DNA of 64,000 nt from Candidatus Binatia bacterium. GTDB taxonomy: Bacteria > Desulfobacterota > Binatia > Bin18. How positions within the stretch are numbered: the stretch's first letter is position 1; each line of letters begins with the position of its first letter. A model generated the notes under the pieces. That model was given only the letters and a program-made list of their open reading frames with translations, did not search any database and was not told where the DNA came from. Shown here one piece after another: positions 9,879 to 20,720 of the stretch. The stretch is from NCBI GenBank assembly GCA_963666315.2, contig CAXXHG010000020.1, positions 9,339 through 73,338 of the forward strand. The letters are read 5' to 3'. Both the position numbers and the translations under genes were made by a program.

Positions 9879-10901
9879 ATGTCTTTCGATTATGCATCCA
9901 AGTGGGGCGTCCTCTTTAACGGTGATAAGCTGTCGCTCGACAATATCCTGTCCTTCGCCCGCCAGGCAGAAGATGCAGGAGCCGAGAGCATCTGGGCTGC
10001 CGAGTTATGGCGTGATGCCTTTGTCCCACTCACTGCCATTGCCGGGGTCGTCAAAAGGGTGCGGCTGGGAACCGCGGTGGCTCATTTTGCACGTCCACCA
10101 ATGCTGACAGAACTGGGCGCTATGTCGCTGGCCGAGTACACTCAGGGTCGTTTCATTCTCGGGCTCGGGACGGCACCCAAAGAATGGAATGAGAAGTGGC
10201 ACGGTCTGGAGTACCGCAAACCGGTCACTCGCATGCGTGAATATGTTGAATGTATCCGAGCCATGTGGACCGGTTCGCCAACCAGAGCAGCCAACTACAG
10301 TGGCGAGTTTTATCAGCTGCGAGACTATCAACGCCTGACCGAGCCCAGCTATCGCAACATACCTATTTACCTCGCCGCCGTCCTGCCGCGGATGATACAG
10401 CTTGCCGGTTCGCTCGCTGACGGTATCATCCTGAACGTCCTCAATACCCCGTGCTACTTCACCGACGTTGTTCATCCCAACCTCAAAAAAGGCTTCAGCG
10501 CCGGAAAACGATCCCAAGAAAATTTTGAGATCTGCGCAGTCAAATGCTGTGCGGTGAATCGCGACCCGAAGCAGGCACGTGCTTTGGCGCGGCATGCTGT
10601 CGCCTTTTATGCCACCCTGCCCTATTTCGATATTATTCTCGATCCCATGGGCTTTACGCACGCGAAGCTGAAAATCCGAGAGGCCATGGCCCGCAACGAC
10701 GTACCAGCCATGCTTGGCGCCGTCACTGACGATATGGTCGAGGCACTCGTCTTAGCCGGCACAGCGGATGATGTCCGCCGCCAATTACGAGCCTTTGACG
10801 GACTTTTTGACACCCTGTTGCTGCTCAGCCCGTCTTTCGCGGCAGACGCGGAAGAAGTTCGAGAAAACAACGCTGCGATGATTGCCGCTTTTGCTGAATA
10901 G
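9879..10901 (+). CDS. LLM class (luciferase-like, possibly F420-dependent) oxidoreductase
   Basis: Motifs AEDAGAESIWAAE, GRFILGLG, IPIYLAA, AGSLADG. Confidence 0.9.
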   Translation: MSFDYASKWGVLFNGDKLSLDNILSFARQAEDAGAESIWAAELWRDAFVPLTAIAGVVKRVRLGTAVAHFARPPMLTELGAMSLAEYTQGRFILGLGTAPKEWNEKWHGLEYRKPVTRMREYVECIRAMWTGSPTRAANYSGEFYQLRDYQRLTEPSYRNIPIYLAAVLPRMIQLAGSLADGIILNVLNTPCYFTDVVHPNLKKGFSAGKRSQENFEICAVKCCAVNRDPKQARALARHAVAFYATLPYFDIILDPMGFTHAKLKIREAMARNDVPAMLGAVTDDMVEALVLAGTADDVRRQLRAFDGLFDTLLLLSPSFAADAEEVRENNAAMIAAFAE

Positions 10902-10941
10902 CGCTATGTAGATTCCACTGTATTGAAATGGAGGGTCCGGT

Positions 10942-12097
10942 ATGGAAACGCAATTGCAACACGCCATTCTTCCCGAAGCCACGCATGACGAGTTCGCTCG
11001 GCAGAATTTTGTCCAAAGCCTGAAGGTTCACCTAGCCACTCAGGTCTCACCGGGGAACAAAACCGTGTATGAACGGCGTGCGGCACCACGCTTTGAGCGT
11101 GAACATCAACGCCTGCCCCAAGATCGGCATGAAGTCCGTAGCGTGATGAAGAACGAGCCCTATTATCAGATGTGGAGTACGCTGCTACGGACGAGCCAAG
11201 AAATGATGTGGGAGTCGGTCAATGTGAGTGTTGAGCGGCAACTGCCGCAGCTGTGTGAGCGAGCCGCACCGAATGGCAGTACGCTGGGCTCACTGACTCT
11301 GGACCCTGACCTCACCATCCCGGCCTACCACAGAGCGGTGGATATTCACTGTCAGCCGGGGGGCTATCATACTGAGCTCGGACCAGACGATGTCGCGGCT
11401 GGAGCGACCTATGACCGGGCCGTGTACATTTATGCGATGAGTCGTCTCGGTCCCTTAAACGATGAAATGGGCCAGTCCGTCGTGCTCCATCTCAAAGACC
11501 GACATGCCGACTTTCGGCCGCGTCGCATCCTCGATATGGGCTGCACCGTCGGGCATAGTACCCTCCCCTATGTTGATGCGTATCCCAACGCAGAAATCTT
11601 TGCCATTGACGTCGGCGCGCCCGTCCTGCGTTATGCGCATGCCCGGGCGGAATCGCTCGGCAAACGCGTCCACTTCTCTCAGCAGAATGCCGAACATACA
11701 AACTTTGAGGACGGCTCTTTTGATTTGATTGTCTCGCACATCTTACTGCACGAGACATCCAGCAAAGCCATGCGCAATATTATGCAAGAAGCTCACCGGC
11801 TCCTGAAGCCGGGCGGCATGATGCTGCATCAAGAAGTGCCCCAATATGAAGGCATGCCAGCGTATGACGCCTTTATGCTGGACTGGGACACCTACAACAA
11901 TAACGAGACTTTCTGGGGGTACGATACACTCTATGGATCTGCAAAAATTGGCCGAAGAGTCCGGTTTCGCGGCAGACAACGTCATGCAGCTCATGATCCC
12001 CAGCGCCCTGGAGCGCGCAACAGCACGAACCAAAAAATTTCAAGGCGGCGATTTCGGCGGTGGTGGAGCCTGGTTCGTCTTGGGTGCAAAAAGATAG
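10942..12097 (+). CDS. Class I SAM-dependent methyltransferase with a +1 frameshift near 11915
   Basis: Motifs ILDMGCTVG and FDLIVSHILLHE. The natural C-terminus (TIHSMDLQKLAEESGF...GGGAWFVLGAKR) lies in ORF 11846-12097 after a G5 run. Confidence 0.8.
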
Positions 12098-12120
12098 CCC
12101 ACAAGCAACGCAGAACGCGT

Positions 12121-12454
12121 ATGGCACGTAAAGCAAAAGGCAATCGTCCGACCTTTTTCGATGATCCCCAGATCGACAAAGTCGTGGGGATTGTCATGGC
12201 CCTTACCGGGCGAGGTGTCGGTTCTGCGTGAGCGGATCGATACGATAGAGCGTATTGCGGCCGCGAAGGGCCTCTTTACCCGAGACGATATTGAGGCCTA
12301 CCGCCCGGATGAGGCGGTTGCGGCCGCCCGAGACGCGTGGCGTGCAGAATATATCGAACGCGTCCTTCGAGTGGTGCACGAAGAGTTAGAAGGAATAGAG
12401 ACAGGTGACACTGCGGAATTCTACGAAGCAGCCGTTCGTGCTGTTTCCTCCTAG
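12121..12454 (+). CDS. Small hypothetical partner of the methyltransferase, frameshifted near 12209
   Basis: MARKAKGNRPTFFDDPQIDKVVGIVMALTG joins EVSVLRERIDTIER...RAEYIERVLR if one G is removed from ACCGGGCGAG. Confidence 0.7.
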
Positions 12455-12499
12455 CCTGAGGCGCAACGGACGATGACAACGATACGCGCATCGTTTTGC

Positions 12500-12526
12500 A
12501 AGGGCGGCCAGCCGGTCGCCCTTTTT
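12500..12526 (+). terminator. Rho-independent terminator
   Basis: AAGGGCGGCC-agcc-GGTCGCCCTT followed by a T-run. Confidence 0.65.
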
Positions 12527-12621
12527 GCTTGGACTGTTCGCGACTCCGTTGACGCAGTTCTGTGTCCTTTTGTAACCGCGCAGATTCTCTGAAAGTCCGA
12601 ACAAGAAAGTGAAGATGATCT

Positions 12622-14673
12622 ATGCCTCTCAAACTCGGCATTGACGTTGGCGGAACATTCACCGACCTCATCCTTTTCGATGAAGACAGCGGCCGACAAG
12701 TCCGGGTCAAAACGCCGTCCACCCCGGCGGACCCATCGGTCGGCGTTTTGGCCGGCATCGATAAAATCTGTCGCTCAGCGAACGTCTCACCGGGTGATAT
12801 CGCCAGCATCATGCACGGTACGACGGTTGCCACGAATGCGGTTCTTGAAGGGAAAGGGGCAAGAGTCGGGCTCATCACCACCCAGGGCTTTAAGCAAATT
12901 CTCCATCTCGCCCGGTCGTGGACCCCGGGCCCGCTGGCCGGCTGGATTATTATGGAGAAGCCCGATCCACCCGCCGCACTCGAATACACACGCGAGGCCA
13001 TAGAGCGCATAGACACGCGCGGTGAGATCATTACCCCGTTGGACGAAGACGCGATTCGCCTGGATCTGCAAGCGCTGGGCGCTCAGGGCATCGAAGCGCT
13101 CACCATTGCCTTAATCAATTCGTATGCGAATCAAGTCCATGAGCAGCGGATAAAAGAAATCGCCCAAGAGGTTCTTCCCACTATCCCTATTACCGCCTCC
13201 TCAGAAGTCCTGCCGGAGTTTCGGGAATACGAACGCACGCTCACCGCTGTCATGAATTCTTACGTGCGGCCCAAGGTCGCCCGCTACATGCGCAGCTTTG
13301 CCGATCAATTAGCCTCACACGGCCTCAAAGCCGACGTGAATATTCTGCGCTCTGACGCGGGCCTCATGACCTTGCGTATGGCCCAGGAACGGCCGGTCTA
13401 CGCGGTCATGTCAGGTCCAGCCGGGGGAGTCGCAGGCGCGTTGTATATTGCCAAGAAGGCCGGCTTTCCTAACCTGTTAACGCTCGATATGGGCGGTACG
13501 TCAACCGACGTTGCGATGTGCCAAGACGGCAGCCAAACGATTTCCCGCGAAACCACGCTCGGATACTTTCCTATCAAAGTGCCTTCGGTCGATGTCCGCA
13601 GTATTGGCGCGGGCGGCGGCTCTATTGCCCATGTGCCTGAGATTACGAATGCGTTACGCGTCGGCCCACAGAGCGCGGGCGCAGATCCTGGCCCGGCCAG
13701 CTACGGTAAGGGCGGAACAGAGCCGACCGTCACAGACGCGAATGTTGTGCTCGGTCACTTGCCGCCCACACTACTCGGCGGTGAAATGACGCTGGATGAA
13801 GAGGCAGCCAAGGCCTCGGTTGAGCAGATCGGGAAGAAACTGCGTCTGGATGTGTATCAAGCCGCTCAAGGCATAATAGACATTGTGAATGAAAATATGC
13901 ACGGCGCCCTGCGTCTGGTTTCCGTCCAGCGCGGCTACGATCCACGCACGCTGGCCTTGGTCGCCTTCGGGGGGGCGGGTCCCTTGCACGCCAACGCGGT
14001 CGCCAAACTCATTGGTACATTCCCTGTCCTGGTTCCGCCTGCCCCAGGCATCTTGTGTGCAATGGGCGACGTGTGTTGTGACTACCGCGAAGAGTTTTCT
14101 CGAACGGTATTCCGCACTCTGGATCACATCACAGCTTCTGAGGTCATCGAAATCCTTGAACGGCTCGGTGAACAAGCAACCCGGTGGCTGGAACAAGAAG
14201 GCATTCCCCGCAGTCAACAGAAAATCTTCTACAACGCGGATATGCGCTATTTCCGTCAGGGTTACGAACTGCCTATCACCACGACGCTCGACGCTCTCCA
14301 CGGCACAGGAATCGCTGCCCTGGCGGAGCAGTTCCACGCCTTGCACGAGCAGCTATACCGTTTTCGCCTGGATGCCGAATGTGAGATCGTGAACCTGCGC
14401 GCGATTGCTCTCGGCACGGGCACAACGCTGCATTGGCCTGAAGGAAAAACTGACGGCCCAGCCGCGTCCCACGCCCAGATTGACGAGCATCGTGTTTACT
14501 TTGACGGCGATTTTTTGACCACGCCGATTTATGATCGAGCCAAGCTCAAGCCCGGCAATCAACTCCCCGGTCCCGCAATTGTCACCGAGATGGATTCAAC
14601 CACGGTCGTGTTGCCAAACTTTGCTGGAGAGATAGATACGTATTCCAATATTTTGATTCGGCCCGCAGCATAA
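12622..14673 (+). CDS. Hydantoinase/oxoprolinase subunit A (ATP-dependent lactamase family)
   Basis: Motifs GIDVGGTFTD, HGTTVATNA, SGPAGG, DMGGTSTDV, IGAGGGS, AFGGAGPLH. Confidence 0.93.
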   Translation: MPLKLGIDVGGTFTDLILFDEDSGRQVRVKTPSTPADPSVGVLAGIDKICRSANVSPGDIASIMHGTTVATNAVLEGKGARVGLITTQGFKQILHLARSWTPGPLAGWIIMEKPDPPAALEYTREAIERIDTRGEIITPLDEDAIRLDLQALGAQGIEALTIALINSYANQVHEQRIKEIAQEVLPTIPITASSEVLPEFREYERTLTAVMNSYVRPKVARYMRSFADQLASHGLKADVNILRSDAGLMTLRMAQERPVYAVMSGPAGGVAGALYIAKKAGFPNLLTLDMGGTSTDVAMCQDGSQTISRETTLGYFPIKVPSVDVRSIGAGGGSIAHVPEITNALRVGPQSAGADPGPASYGKGGTEPTVTDANVVLGHLPPTLLGGEMTLDEEAAKASVEQIGKKLRLDVYQAAQGIIDIVNENMHGALRLVSVQRGYDPRTLALVAFGGAGPLHANAVAKLIGTFPVLVPPAPGILCAMGDVCCDYREEFSRTVFRTLDHITASEVIEILERLGEQATRWLEQEGIPRSQQKIFYNADMRYFRQGYELPITTTLDALHGTGIAALAEQFHALHEQLYRFRLDAECEIVNLRAIALGTGTTLHWPEGKTDGPAASHAQIDEHRVYFDGDFLTTPIYDRAKLKPGNQLPGPAIVTEMDSTTVVLPNFAGEIDTYSNILIRPAA

Positions 14674-14689
14674 CGAAGGGGAGCCCTCC

Positions 14690-16582
14690 ATGCGAGATGT
14701 AAAAATTGCTAAAATTCCGGATATCGAGATCGACCCCGTCACCCTCGATATTATTGAAAGCGCGCTCAAGAACTACCGCTACGAAATGGACGCAGTGCTG
14801 TTCCGCACGGCCATGTCGCCCGTCATCCGCGAACAGCACGACGAGTTCCCCATGATCTGTGACCCGAACGGGCGCATGGTCGTCGGCCAGTTCGGCTCCT
14901 ATATTCGCGAGATGATGGAAAGCTTTGACCACCCGCTCTATCCGGGCGACGTGATTCTGCTCAACGATCCTTATCTATGCGGCGGCGCGATTTCTCATAT
15001 CAACGATTTCCTCGTGCTCGTCCCGGTCTTTGACGACGGTAATGAACTTATCGGCTGGGCGTCCATGTTCGGCCATCAGATGGACGTGGGCGGTCCTCTA
15101 CCAGGTTCGTTTCCAACCAATGCCACCTCGATCTTTGGTGAGGGCCTGCGCATCCCGCCCGTCAAGCTGTTTGAAAAAGGCCAGCTCAATCAAGGCATAT
15201 TAGATCTCATTTTGAACAATGTCCGCATCCCGATGATGAATCGCTCGGATTTGATGGGCATTGTGGCCGGCTGTAAAACTGCCGAACAGCGGGTGCGCGA
15301 ACTGTGCGAACGCTTTGGCCGCGACACCTATCTGGCCGCCTGCCAGGCATTGCTGGATCGGACCTACCGCGCTGTGCAAACCCTCATTCAAAAGAACATC
15401 CCCACTGAGCCGCAGTCCTTTGAAGATTATATTGACGACGATGGATGCGGAAACGGTCCGTTCAAAATGAAACTCACCATCTGGCGTGAGGGCGATAAGG
15501 CCATCTTTGATTGGGCCGGCACTGACCCGCAGGCCAGGGGTCCGGTCAACTTTTACCTCAACCCCGGCATGTTCAAAATGTTCATCGGTGTGTATCTGAT
15601 CATGGTCTACGACCCACAAATTATGTTTAACGACGGGTTTTATGACCTCATCGACGCCCGCATCCCGGACGGTTCGCTGCTCCACCCCAAATTCCCCGCA
15701 GCCTTAGGCTGTCGGACGCATGCCCTGTCCCGATTGTTTGACGTCATGGGCGGCTGTCTTGGCCAGAAGAGTCCGGAACTCACGACGGCGGCCGGCTACG
15801 GCACCAGCCCGCACCTGTTGTATAGCGGCAACGATACAAACGATAAGTTCTTTTTTATTATGGAAATCGGCTATGGCGGCATTCCTGGCCGACCTATTGG
15901 CGACGGCATGGACGGCCATTCCTGGTGGCCGCTGTTTACCAATATCCCCACAGAATATCTCGAAAGCTATTGTCCCCTGCGTGTAGACCGCTACTCGTCG
16001 GTTATCGACTCAGGGGGAGCAGGTCGGCATCGTGGGGGGAACGGCATCGACAAGAGGTACACCTTTCTCGAGTCCGGTGAGATTGCCATTCATGACGATC
16101 GCTGGCTCACGCCGCCGTGGGGTATTCTCGGTGGGAAACCCGGTATGCGCTCAACCAAGATCCTTGTCCGCGCCGACGGGTCGCGTACGGTTCTGCCGTC
16201 AAAATGCGATCAGATCAAAGTAGAGTCCGGCGATCAACTCATCTTCCAAACCGCAGGCGGCGGCGGCTGGGGCGATCCGCTGGAACGAGACGTTGAAAAA
16301 GTTCATATCGATGTGATCCGTGGGCTGGTTTCGGTTGAAAAGGCGAAGTCCGATTATGGCGTCGTCCTTGATCCGGAGACCCATGACGTAGAGGATGCCG
16401 CAACACGGGCACTTCGGGAGGAGATGGCAGCGAGCCGAGGCGAACGACAGACGTTTGATTTCGGCCCTCCTTTGGAGGAACTCCTCGCTCGCTGCAAAGA
16501 GGAGACGGGACTTGAGCCGCCGACTGCCCCCAAGCTGCCACAAGGCTGGGAGACGAATGGAGTGAAGAAAGTTGCGGCATAG
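14690..16582 (+). CDS. Hydantoinase B/oxoprolinase subunit B
   Basis: Motifs NDPYLCGGAISHINDF, GHQMDVGG, EGLRIPPVK, SGGAGRHRGG, TAGGGGWGDP. Confidence 0.93.
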   Translation: MRDVKIAKIPDIEIDPVTLDIIESALKNYRYEMDAVLFRTAMSPVIREQHDEFPMICDPNGRMVVGQFGSYIREMMESFDHPLYPGDVILLNDPYLCGGAISHINDFLVLVPVFDDGNELIGWASMFGHQMDVGGPLPGSFPTNATSIFGEGLRIPPVKLFEKGQLNQGILDLILNNVRIPMMNRSDLMGIVAGCKTAEQRVRELCERFGRDTYLAACQALLDRTYRAVQTLIQKNIPTEPQSFEDYIDDDGCGNGPFKMKLTIWREGDKAIFDWAGTDPQARGPVNFYLNPGMFKMFIGVYLIMVYDPQIMFNDGFYDLIDARIPDGSLLHPKFPAALGCRTHALSRLFDVMGGCLGQKSPELTTAAGYGTSPHLLYSGNDTNDKFFFIMEIGYGGIPGRPIGDGMDGHSWWPLFTNIPTEYLESYCPLRVDRYSSVIDSGGAGRHRGGNGIDKRYTFLESGEIAIHDDRWLTPPWGILGGKPGMRSTKILVRADGSRTVLPSKCDQIKVESGDQLIFQTAGGGGWGDPLERDVEKVHIDVIRGLVSVEKAKSDYGVVLDPETHDVEDAATRALREEMAASRGERQTFDFGPPLEELLARCKEETGLEPPTAPKLPQGWETNGVKKVAA

Positions 16583-16598
16583 TCTTTCTTTATTTGCC

Positions 16599-17138
16599 AT
16601 GAGCGACACACCCCCCCTGCACCAAGAGCGCCCAGCACACTGCGCCCCTCCAGTGGTAAGGAATCGAGTCTGGGCCACACTGCTCGGCTTAATCCTGCTC
16701 TGCCCCCTGTCGTGCGACCAGCTGAGCGACCAGCCATTAACCGGACACCGCGATATTGCCGTAGCACTGCGGTCGTTACTCGATCTCGCCTACACAGGAC
16801 CAGACTATCCAACCTACCATGCCGAGCTTCTATCCTTCGTAATGCATGTTCAGGAAAAGATAGAGGCGACGCCCCACGCAATGCGTCCGTATGTGAGTAC
16901 CATCATGGCGTATTTACGAACCGCAGACGAAGTGCTCCAGTGGCAAGCGCAACAATCCGAAGACCACAGGCCACCCCAGCTCGCAACCTGGACGGGCCGC
17001 TACCCGTTTCTCCAGGCAGCAATCGGGGCACGTTTCGAAGCGCCGGGAGTCTTTGATGTGGAGACTGCAGTGCAACTGCTGCTTGAGAAAACAGACCAAA
17101 CGCTGGTCGCTATGCAGATAAAAAATAAACCCATTTAA
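16599..17138 (+). CDS. Hypothetical membrane-anchored or lipoprotein
   Basis: ORF filling the gap between operon genes; hydrophobic segment ending PLSC. Confidence 0.55.
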   Translation: MSDTPPLHQERPAHCAPPVVRNRVWATLLGLILLCPLSCDQLSDQPLTGHRDIAVALRSLLDLAYTGPDYPTYHAELLSFVMHVQEKIEATPHAMRPYVSTIMAYLRTADEVLQWQAQQSEDHRPPQLATWTGRYPFLQAAIGARFEAPGVFDVETAVQLLLEKTDQTLVAMQIKNKPI

Positions 17139-17189
17139 TTATTATGAACGGCCTGTCAGCATGTGCAGCATGTATTTGAGGAGAGACCC

Positions 17190-17945
17190 ATGGGCAAACT
17201 CGACAACAAGTGTGCCTTAGTCACCGGCTCAAGCAGTGGCATAGGAAAAGCCGTCGCTGTGGCGTTTGCAAAAGAAGGCGCTGATCTTGTGATCAACTAT
17301 CCGAACGACACGCAGGCTGACAATGCTGCTGCCGTAAAAGGCGACATCGAAGCACTCGGCCGGCGGGTCACGGCAATACAAGCCGACGTATCAAAAGAAA
17401 ACGATGTTCAGCAGCTCATTGATACAACCATGCAGACCTATGGACGCATAGATGTGTTGGTCAACAATGCCGGCATTGCCACTGCCGCAACAATAGGCGA
17501 TATGCCCGTTGCCATGTGGGATCAGATGTTGGCCGTGAATCTACGCAGTGTCTTCCTGTGTACGCGCCTCGTCCTGCCCATTATGTACGAACAAGAGTAT
17601 GGCAAGATTATTAACACAGCTTCACAGCTTGCCTATCTCGGCTCGCCGGGCCTGAGTCATTACTGCGCTGCAAAGGCGGCCATCATTGCGTTTACCCGCT
17701 CACTGTCACGCGAAATCGGCACCCGCAATATCAACGCTAATTGTGTTGCCCCTGGGGCAACACAGACGCCCATATTAGACGGCATCGGCACGGAGACGCT
17801 CGAAGCCATCCGCGCCAGCATCCCCAAAGGCCGCTTAGCCAGCGTGGACGAGATCGCCCCAGCCTATGTCTTTCTTGCCTGTGACGAATCGCGCCACTTT
17901 GTCGGGCAGTGCTTAAGTCCCAACGGTGGAGATATCATGCTGTAG
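17190..17945 (+). CDS. Short-chain dehydrogenase/reductase (FabG-like)
   Basis: Motifs TGSSSGIG, NNAG, YCAAK; RBS GAGGAG. Confidence 0.92.
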   Translation: MGKLDNKCALVTGSSSGIGKAVAVAFAKEGADLVINYPNDTQADNAAAVKGDIEALGRRVTAIQADVSKENDVQQLIDTTMQTYGRIDVLVNNAGIATAATIGDMPVAMWDQMLAVNLRSVFLCTRLVLPIMYEQEYGKIINTASQLAYLGSPGLSHYCAAKAAIIAFTRSLSREIGTRNINANCVAPGATQTPILDGIGTETLEAIRASIPKGRLASVDEIAPAYVFLACDESRHFVGQCLSPNGGDIML

Positions 17946-18034
17946 CCGCGTCACCGCGTCATGGGCGCAGCAGGGCCGAAAGCAGGGGGTCCCGTCCTTG
18001 CCTCCCCCCTGCTGCGCCTATAGACTCGGCCGCC

Positions 18035-19273
18035 GTGCCAGAGTCGTCCACATCACGCCAGCCGTCCCCGCCCGAGTCCCCACCACAGCACATTGAGGAA
18101 GTTCTCTTCACCCGGAATTTCATTTTGCTGTGTATCGGGACCTTTCTGTTCGCTGCGAGTATGTTCCTCCTTTTCGCCGTCCTGCCGGTGTTTGTGGTGG
18201 AGGAGTTGCATGGAGCAGATTCTCAGGTCGGCCTTATCATGGGAGTGTTTGCCGTCTCGGCGTTGCTCGCTCGACCCCTGTCAGGACGACTGGTCGATCA
18301 GTGGAGCCGTAAGACCGTTCTCAGTATTGGTGCGGCGCTCTATTGTCTTGCCCCGGCTTTATACACCCAGGCCGAATCTGTGCCTGTCATGCTGGGTCTC
18401 CGGTTTTTCCACGGGTTCGGAATTGCCGCTTACACCACGGCGGCGGGTGTGTTTGTTGCCGATATTGCACCGCCTAGCCGTCGTGGCGAAGGCATGGGCT
18501 ACTACGGCATGTCGCTCAATCTCGCGATGACTATTGGCCCGGCCCTAGGGGCCATGCTCATCGGGCATATTAGTTATGATACCCTCTTCTGGATGTGCGC
18601 GGCGCTGGCTTTCGGAAGTCTGCTGCTCTCGCGGTCCTTACAGGAACCAACGCGGATACCGGCCCCCGATCACACCGAAACACAACCTGCCCAATGGGTG
18701 AGCCGGGCAGCCCTCTTTCCCGGCTTCATTGCCGTGTGTATGACCGTGACGTTCGGCGCAGTCGTCTCGTTTCTGCCTCTTTTTGCCAAAGCGCATAATT
18801 TTGGTAATCCAGGCGTCTATTTCACCCTCTACTCTATTGTCGTCGTCATCTCACGTCCCTTTGCCGGACGCTGGTCCGACCGCTATGGTCGCGCGGCGGT
18901 CGTCATTCCGGGTATGGCATGCCTGACTGCCGCCATGATCACCCTGGCCTTCTCTTCTTCTATGACCGGCATACTATCCAGCGCGGTTTTACAAGGCTTG
19001 GGGTTTGGCGTAGTGCAGCCGGCCATCATGGCGCTCACGGTTGATCGTTCAACACCTCACGAACGCGGACTCGCCCTTGCCACGTTGATGGGCGCATTCG
19101 ACGTGGGCGTGGGACTCAGCAGTATCCTTCTCGGTCTCGTTCTCGACTACACTAATTTCACGGTCATGTTTTCATGCGCTGGCGGCGTTGCCCTGCTAGG
19201 CCTGATGGGAGCAGCCTGGGGGCTGCGACAGAATCGAGAACGTCTGCAAGAACGGGTACCGGAACGTAGATAG
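18035..19273 (+). CDS. MFS transporter
   Basis: About 12 TM segments; motif A variants GRLVDQWSRK and GRWSDRYGR; start uncertain. Confidence 0.9.
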   Translation: MPESSTSRQPSPPESPPQHIEEVLFTRNFILLCIGTFLFAASMFLLFAVLPVFVVEELHGADSQVGLIMGVFAVSALLARPLSGRLVDQWSRKTVLSIGAALYCLAPALYTQAESVPVMLGLRFFHGFGIAAYTTAAGVFVADIAPPSRRGEGMGYYGMSLNLAMTIGPALGAMLIGHISYDTLFWMCAALAFGSLLLSRSLQEPTRIPAPDHTETQPAQWVSRAALFPGFIAVCMTVTFGAVVSFLPLFAKAHNFGNPGVYFTLYSIVVVISRPFAGRWSDRYGRAAVVIPGMACLTAAMITLAFSSSMTGILSSAVLQGLGFGVVQPAIMALTVDRSTPHERGLALATLMGAFDVGVGLSSILLGLVLDYTNFTVMFSCAGGVALLGLMGAAWGLRQNRERLQERVPERR

Positions 19274-19368
19274 GAACACCGCCCCGCCGCAGCGTTCTCT
19301 CCTTGCGGTGGCCCGAGGGCTCGGCTAGGCTGATGCCAATACCGTTGGACTTGGAGGCTATCACATAC

Positions 19369-20718
19369 ATGAAGAAGACAGTTCTGGCCCTTCTCTTTTG
19401 CAGCGTCCTCGTTGTCGGTCTACTGTTTGCGAACCAGGTCAACTCACAAGGCCAGGACCTCCCGAACCGAGAAGATATCCAGCAATGGATCGCAATGAAC
19501 CTGGATAGCATCCCTCAATTCGAAGAGGGCGACATACTCAAGCAGGCCGACCTCGATAAGCTCCGACCCTTTCTCCCCCCGCGCTATATAGACGAGTATA
19601 ATTTCCCAGAGGTTGCGTTTTCCGTTGCATCAACCGGACATTACCCGCCTCACCCCGACTATCTGGCCGCGACCGAGCAGTACGCAAATCAAACCCGGCT
19701 GGCGGCGGACGGTGCGCTCGAAAACTATATTGCCGGACGACCGTTCGCTCGCGCTCTCATCAACCCCGACGACCCGATGTCCGGGCTGAAAGCAGCCTGG
19801 AATTTTAATTACCGCTGGCAGTACTACGGCATGAATGTGAAGCGCTATCTGGGCGCACTCATCGCCAAGGGGGGAAACGCCTCCCAGCTGTCCGGTTTCC
19901 CGGAGGATCTTATTCAGGGCGGCGGCAGAGTCATCCGGCATCTCGTCGCGTTATACCAGCGCGCCTACCATAACCACTTGGCTCAGCTATCCCAGCAGGG
20001 CCATCTCCTGCCGATCGATGATGCAGGTCGATTTGAATACAAGGACTATGTCGAGTTCCTTGAACCGTACGATGTCCGTGGACAGCGGTTTATGATCTAT
20101 CGCTACGACGATCCCCGCAAGCAAGACGACGCGTGGGGCTTTCTCCCCCAACTGCACAAAGTCCGCAGACTGTCCACCCACGAGCGGGACGATTCAATCG
20201 CTGGGACGGATATGACGCTTGATGACTTCACCGGATTCTCCGGTCGCATTCTCGACCACACCTGGAAATTTCTAGGCTGGAAGGTCCTCTTGCACGTTAT
20301 GAATTCGCGCAACCCGTATGCGCGTTTCTACGGACCCAACGGCTGGCTGCCCAACGATCGCTGGGAACTCCGTCTATGTGCCGTAGTTGAACAAACACCG
20401 ACCTCAACACGTAACTACGGCAGCAAAATTTATTTTTGGGACGCCGAGACGTATGAGACCTCTATGGTGCTGGTTTTAGACCGGGAAGGTGTGTTGTGGA
20501 AAGTGATCGACCTCTTGCACGGCTGGTCTGAAGACGCGAGCCAACCAGAGGCCGACCGCGGCAAGAACCTGCCGCGCAATATCGGCTTCAGCATTGTCGA
20601 TGTCAAACAAGAACAGGCCACCATCTTCTCAGCCTATACGATTGTCTATCCAGAGCTCACCGTCGATGAAATTGAGGAACGCTACGACATTAACAAGCTG
20701 ACCGAGGGTCGGCGGTAA
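19369..20718 (+). CDS. Second DUF1329 family protein
   Basis: Paralogue of 1587-3026: GLKAAWN, DDAWGFLPQLHKVRR, DDFTGFSG, C-terminal YDINKLTEGRR. Confidence 0.85.
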   Translation: MKKTVLALLFCSVLVVGLLFANQVNSQGQDLPNREDIQQWIAMNLDSIPQFEEGDILKQADLDKLRPFLPPRYIDEYNFPEVAFSVASTGHYPPHPDYLAATEQYANQTRLAADGALENYIAGRPFARALINPDDPMSGLKAAWNFNYRWQYYGMNVKRYLGALIAKGGNASQLSGFPEDLIQGGGRVIRHLVALYQRAYHNHLAQLSQQGHLLPIDDAGRFEYKDYVEFLEPYDVRGQRFMIYRYDDPRKQDDAWGFLPQLHKVRRLSTHERDDSIAGTDMTLDDFTGFSGRILDHTWKFLGWKVLLHVMNSRNPYARFYGPNGWLPNDRWELRLCAVVEQTPTSTRNYGSKIYFWDAETYETSMVLVLDREGVLWKVIDLLHGWSEDASQPEADRGKNLPRNIGFSIVDVKQEQATIFSAYTIVYPELTVDEIEERYDINKLTEGRR

Positions 20719-20720
20719 TT

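Noticed and set aside
11920-12231. Arg-rich C-terminal extension of the 429-aa methyltransferase ORF
   Set aside because: Artefact of a frameshift; it runs out of frame and then into the next gene's N-terminus
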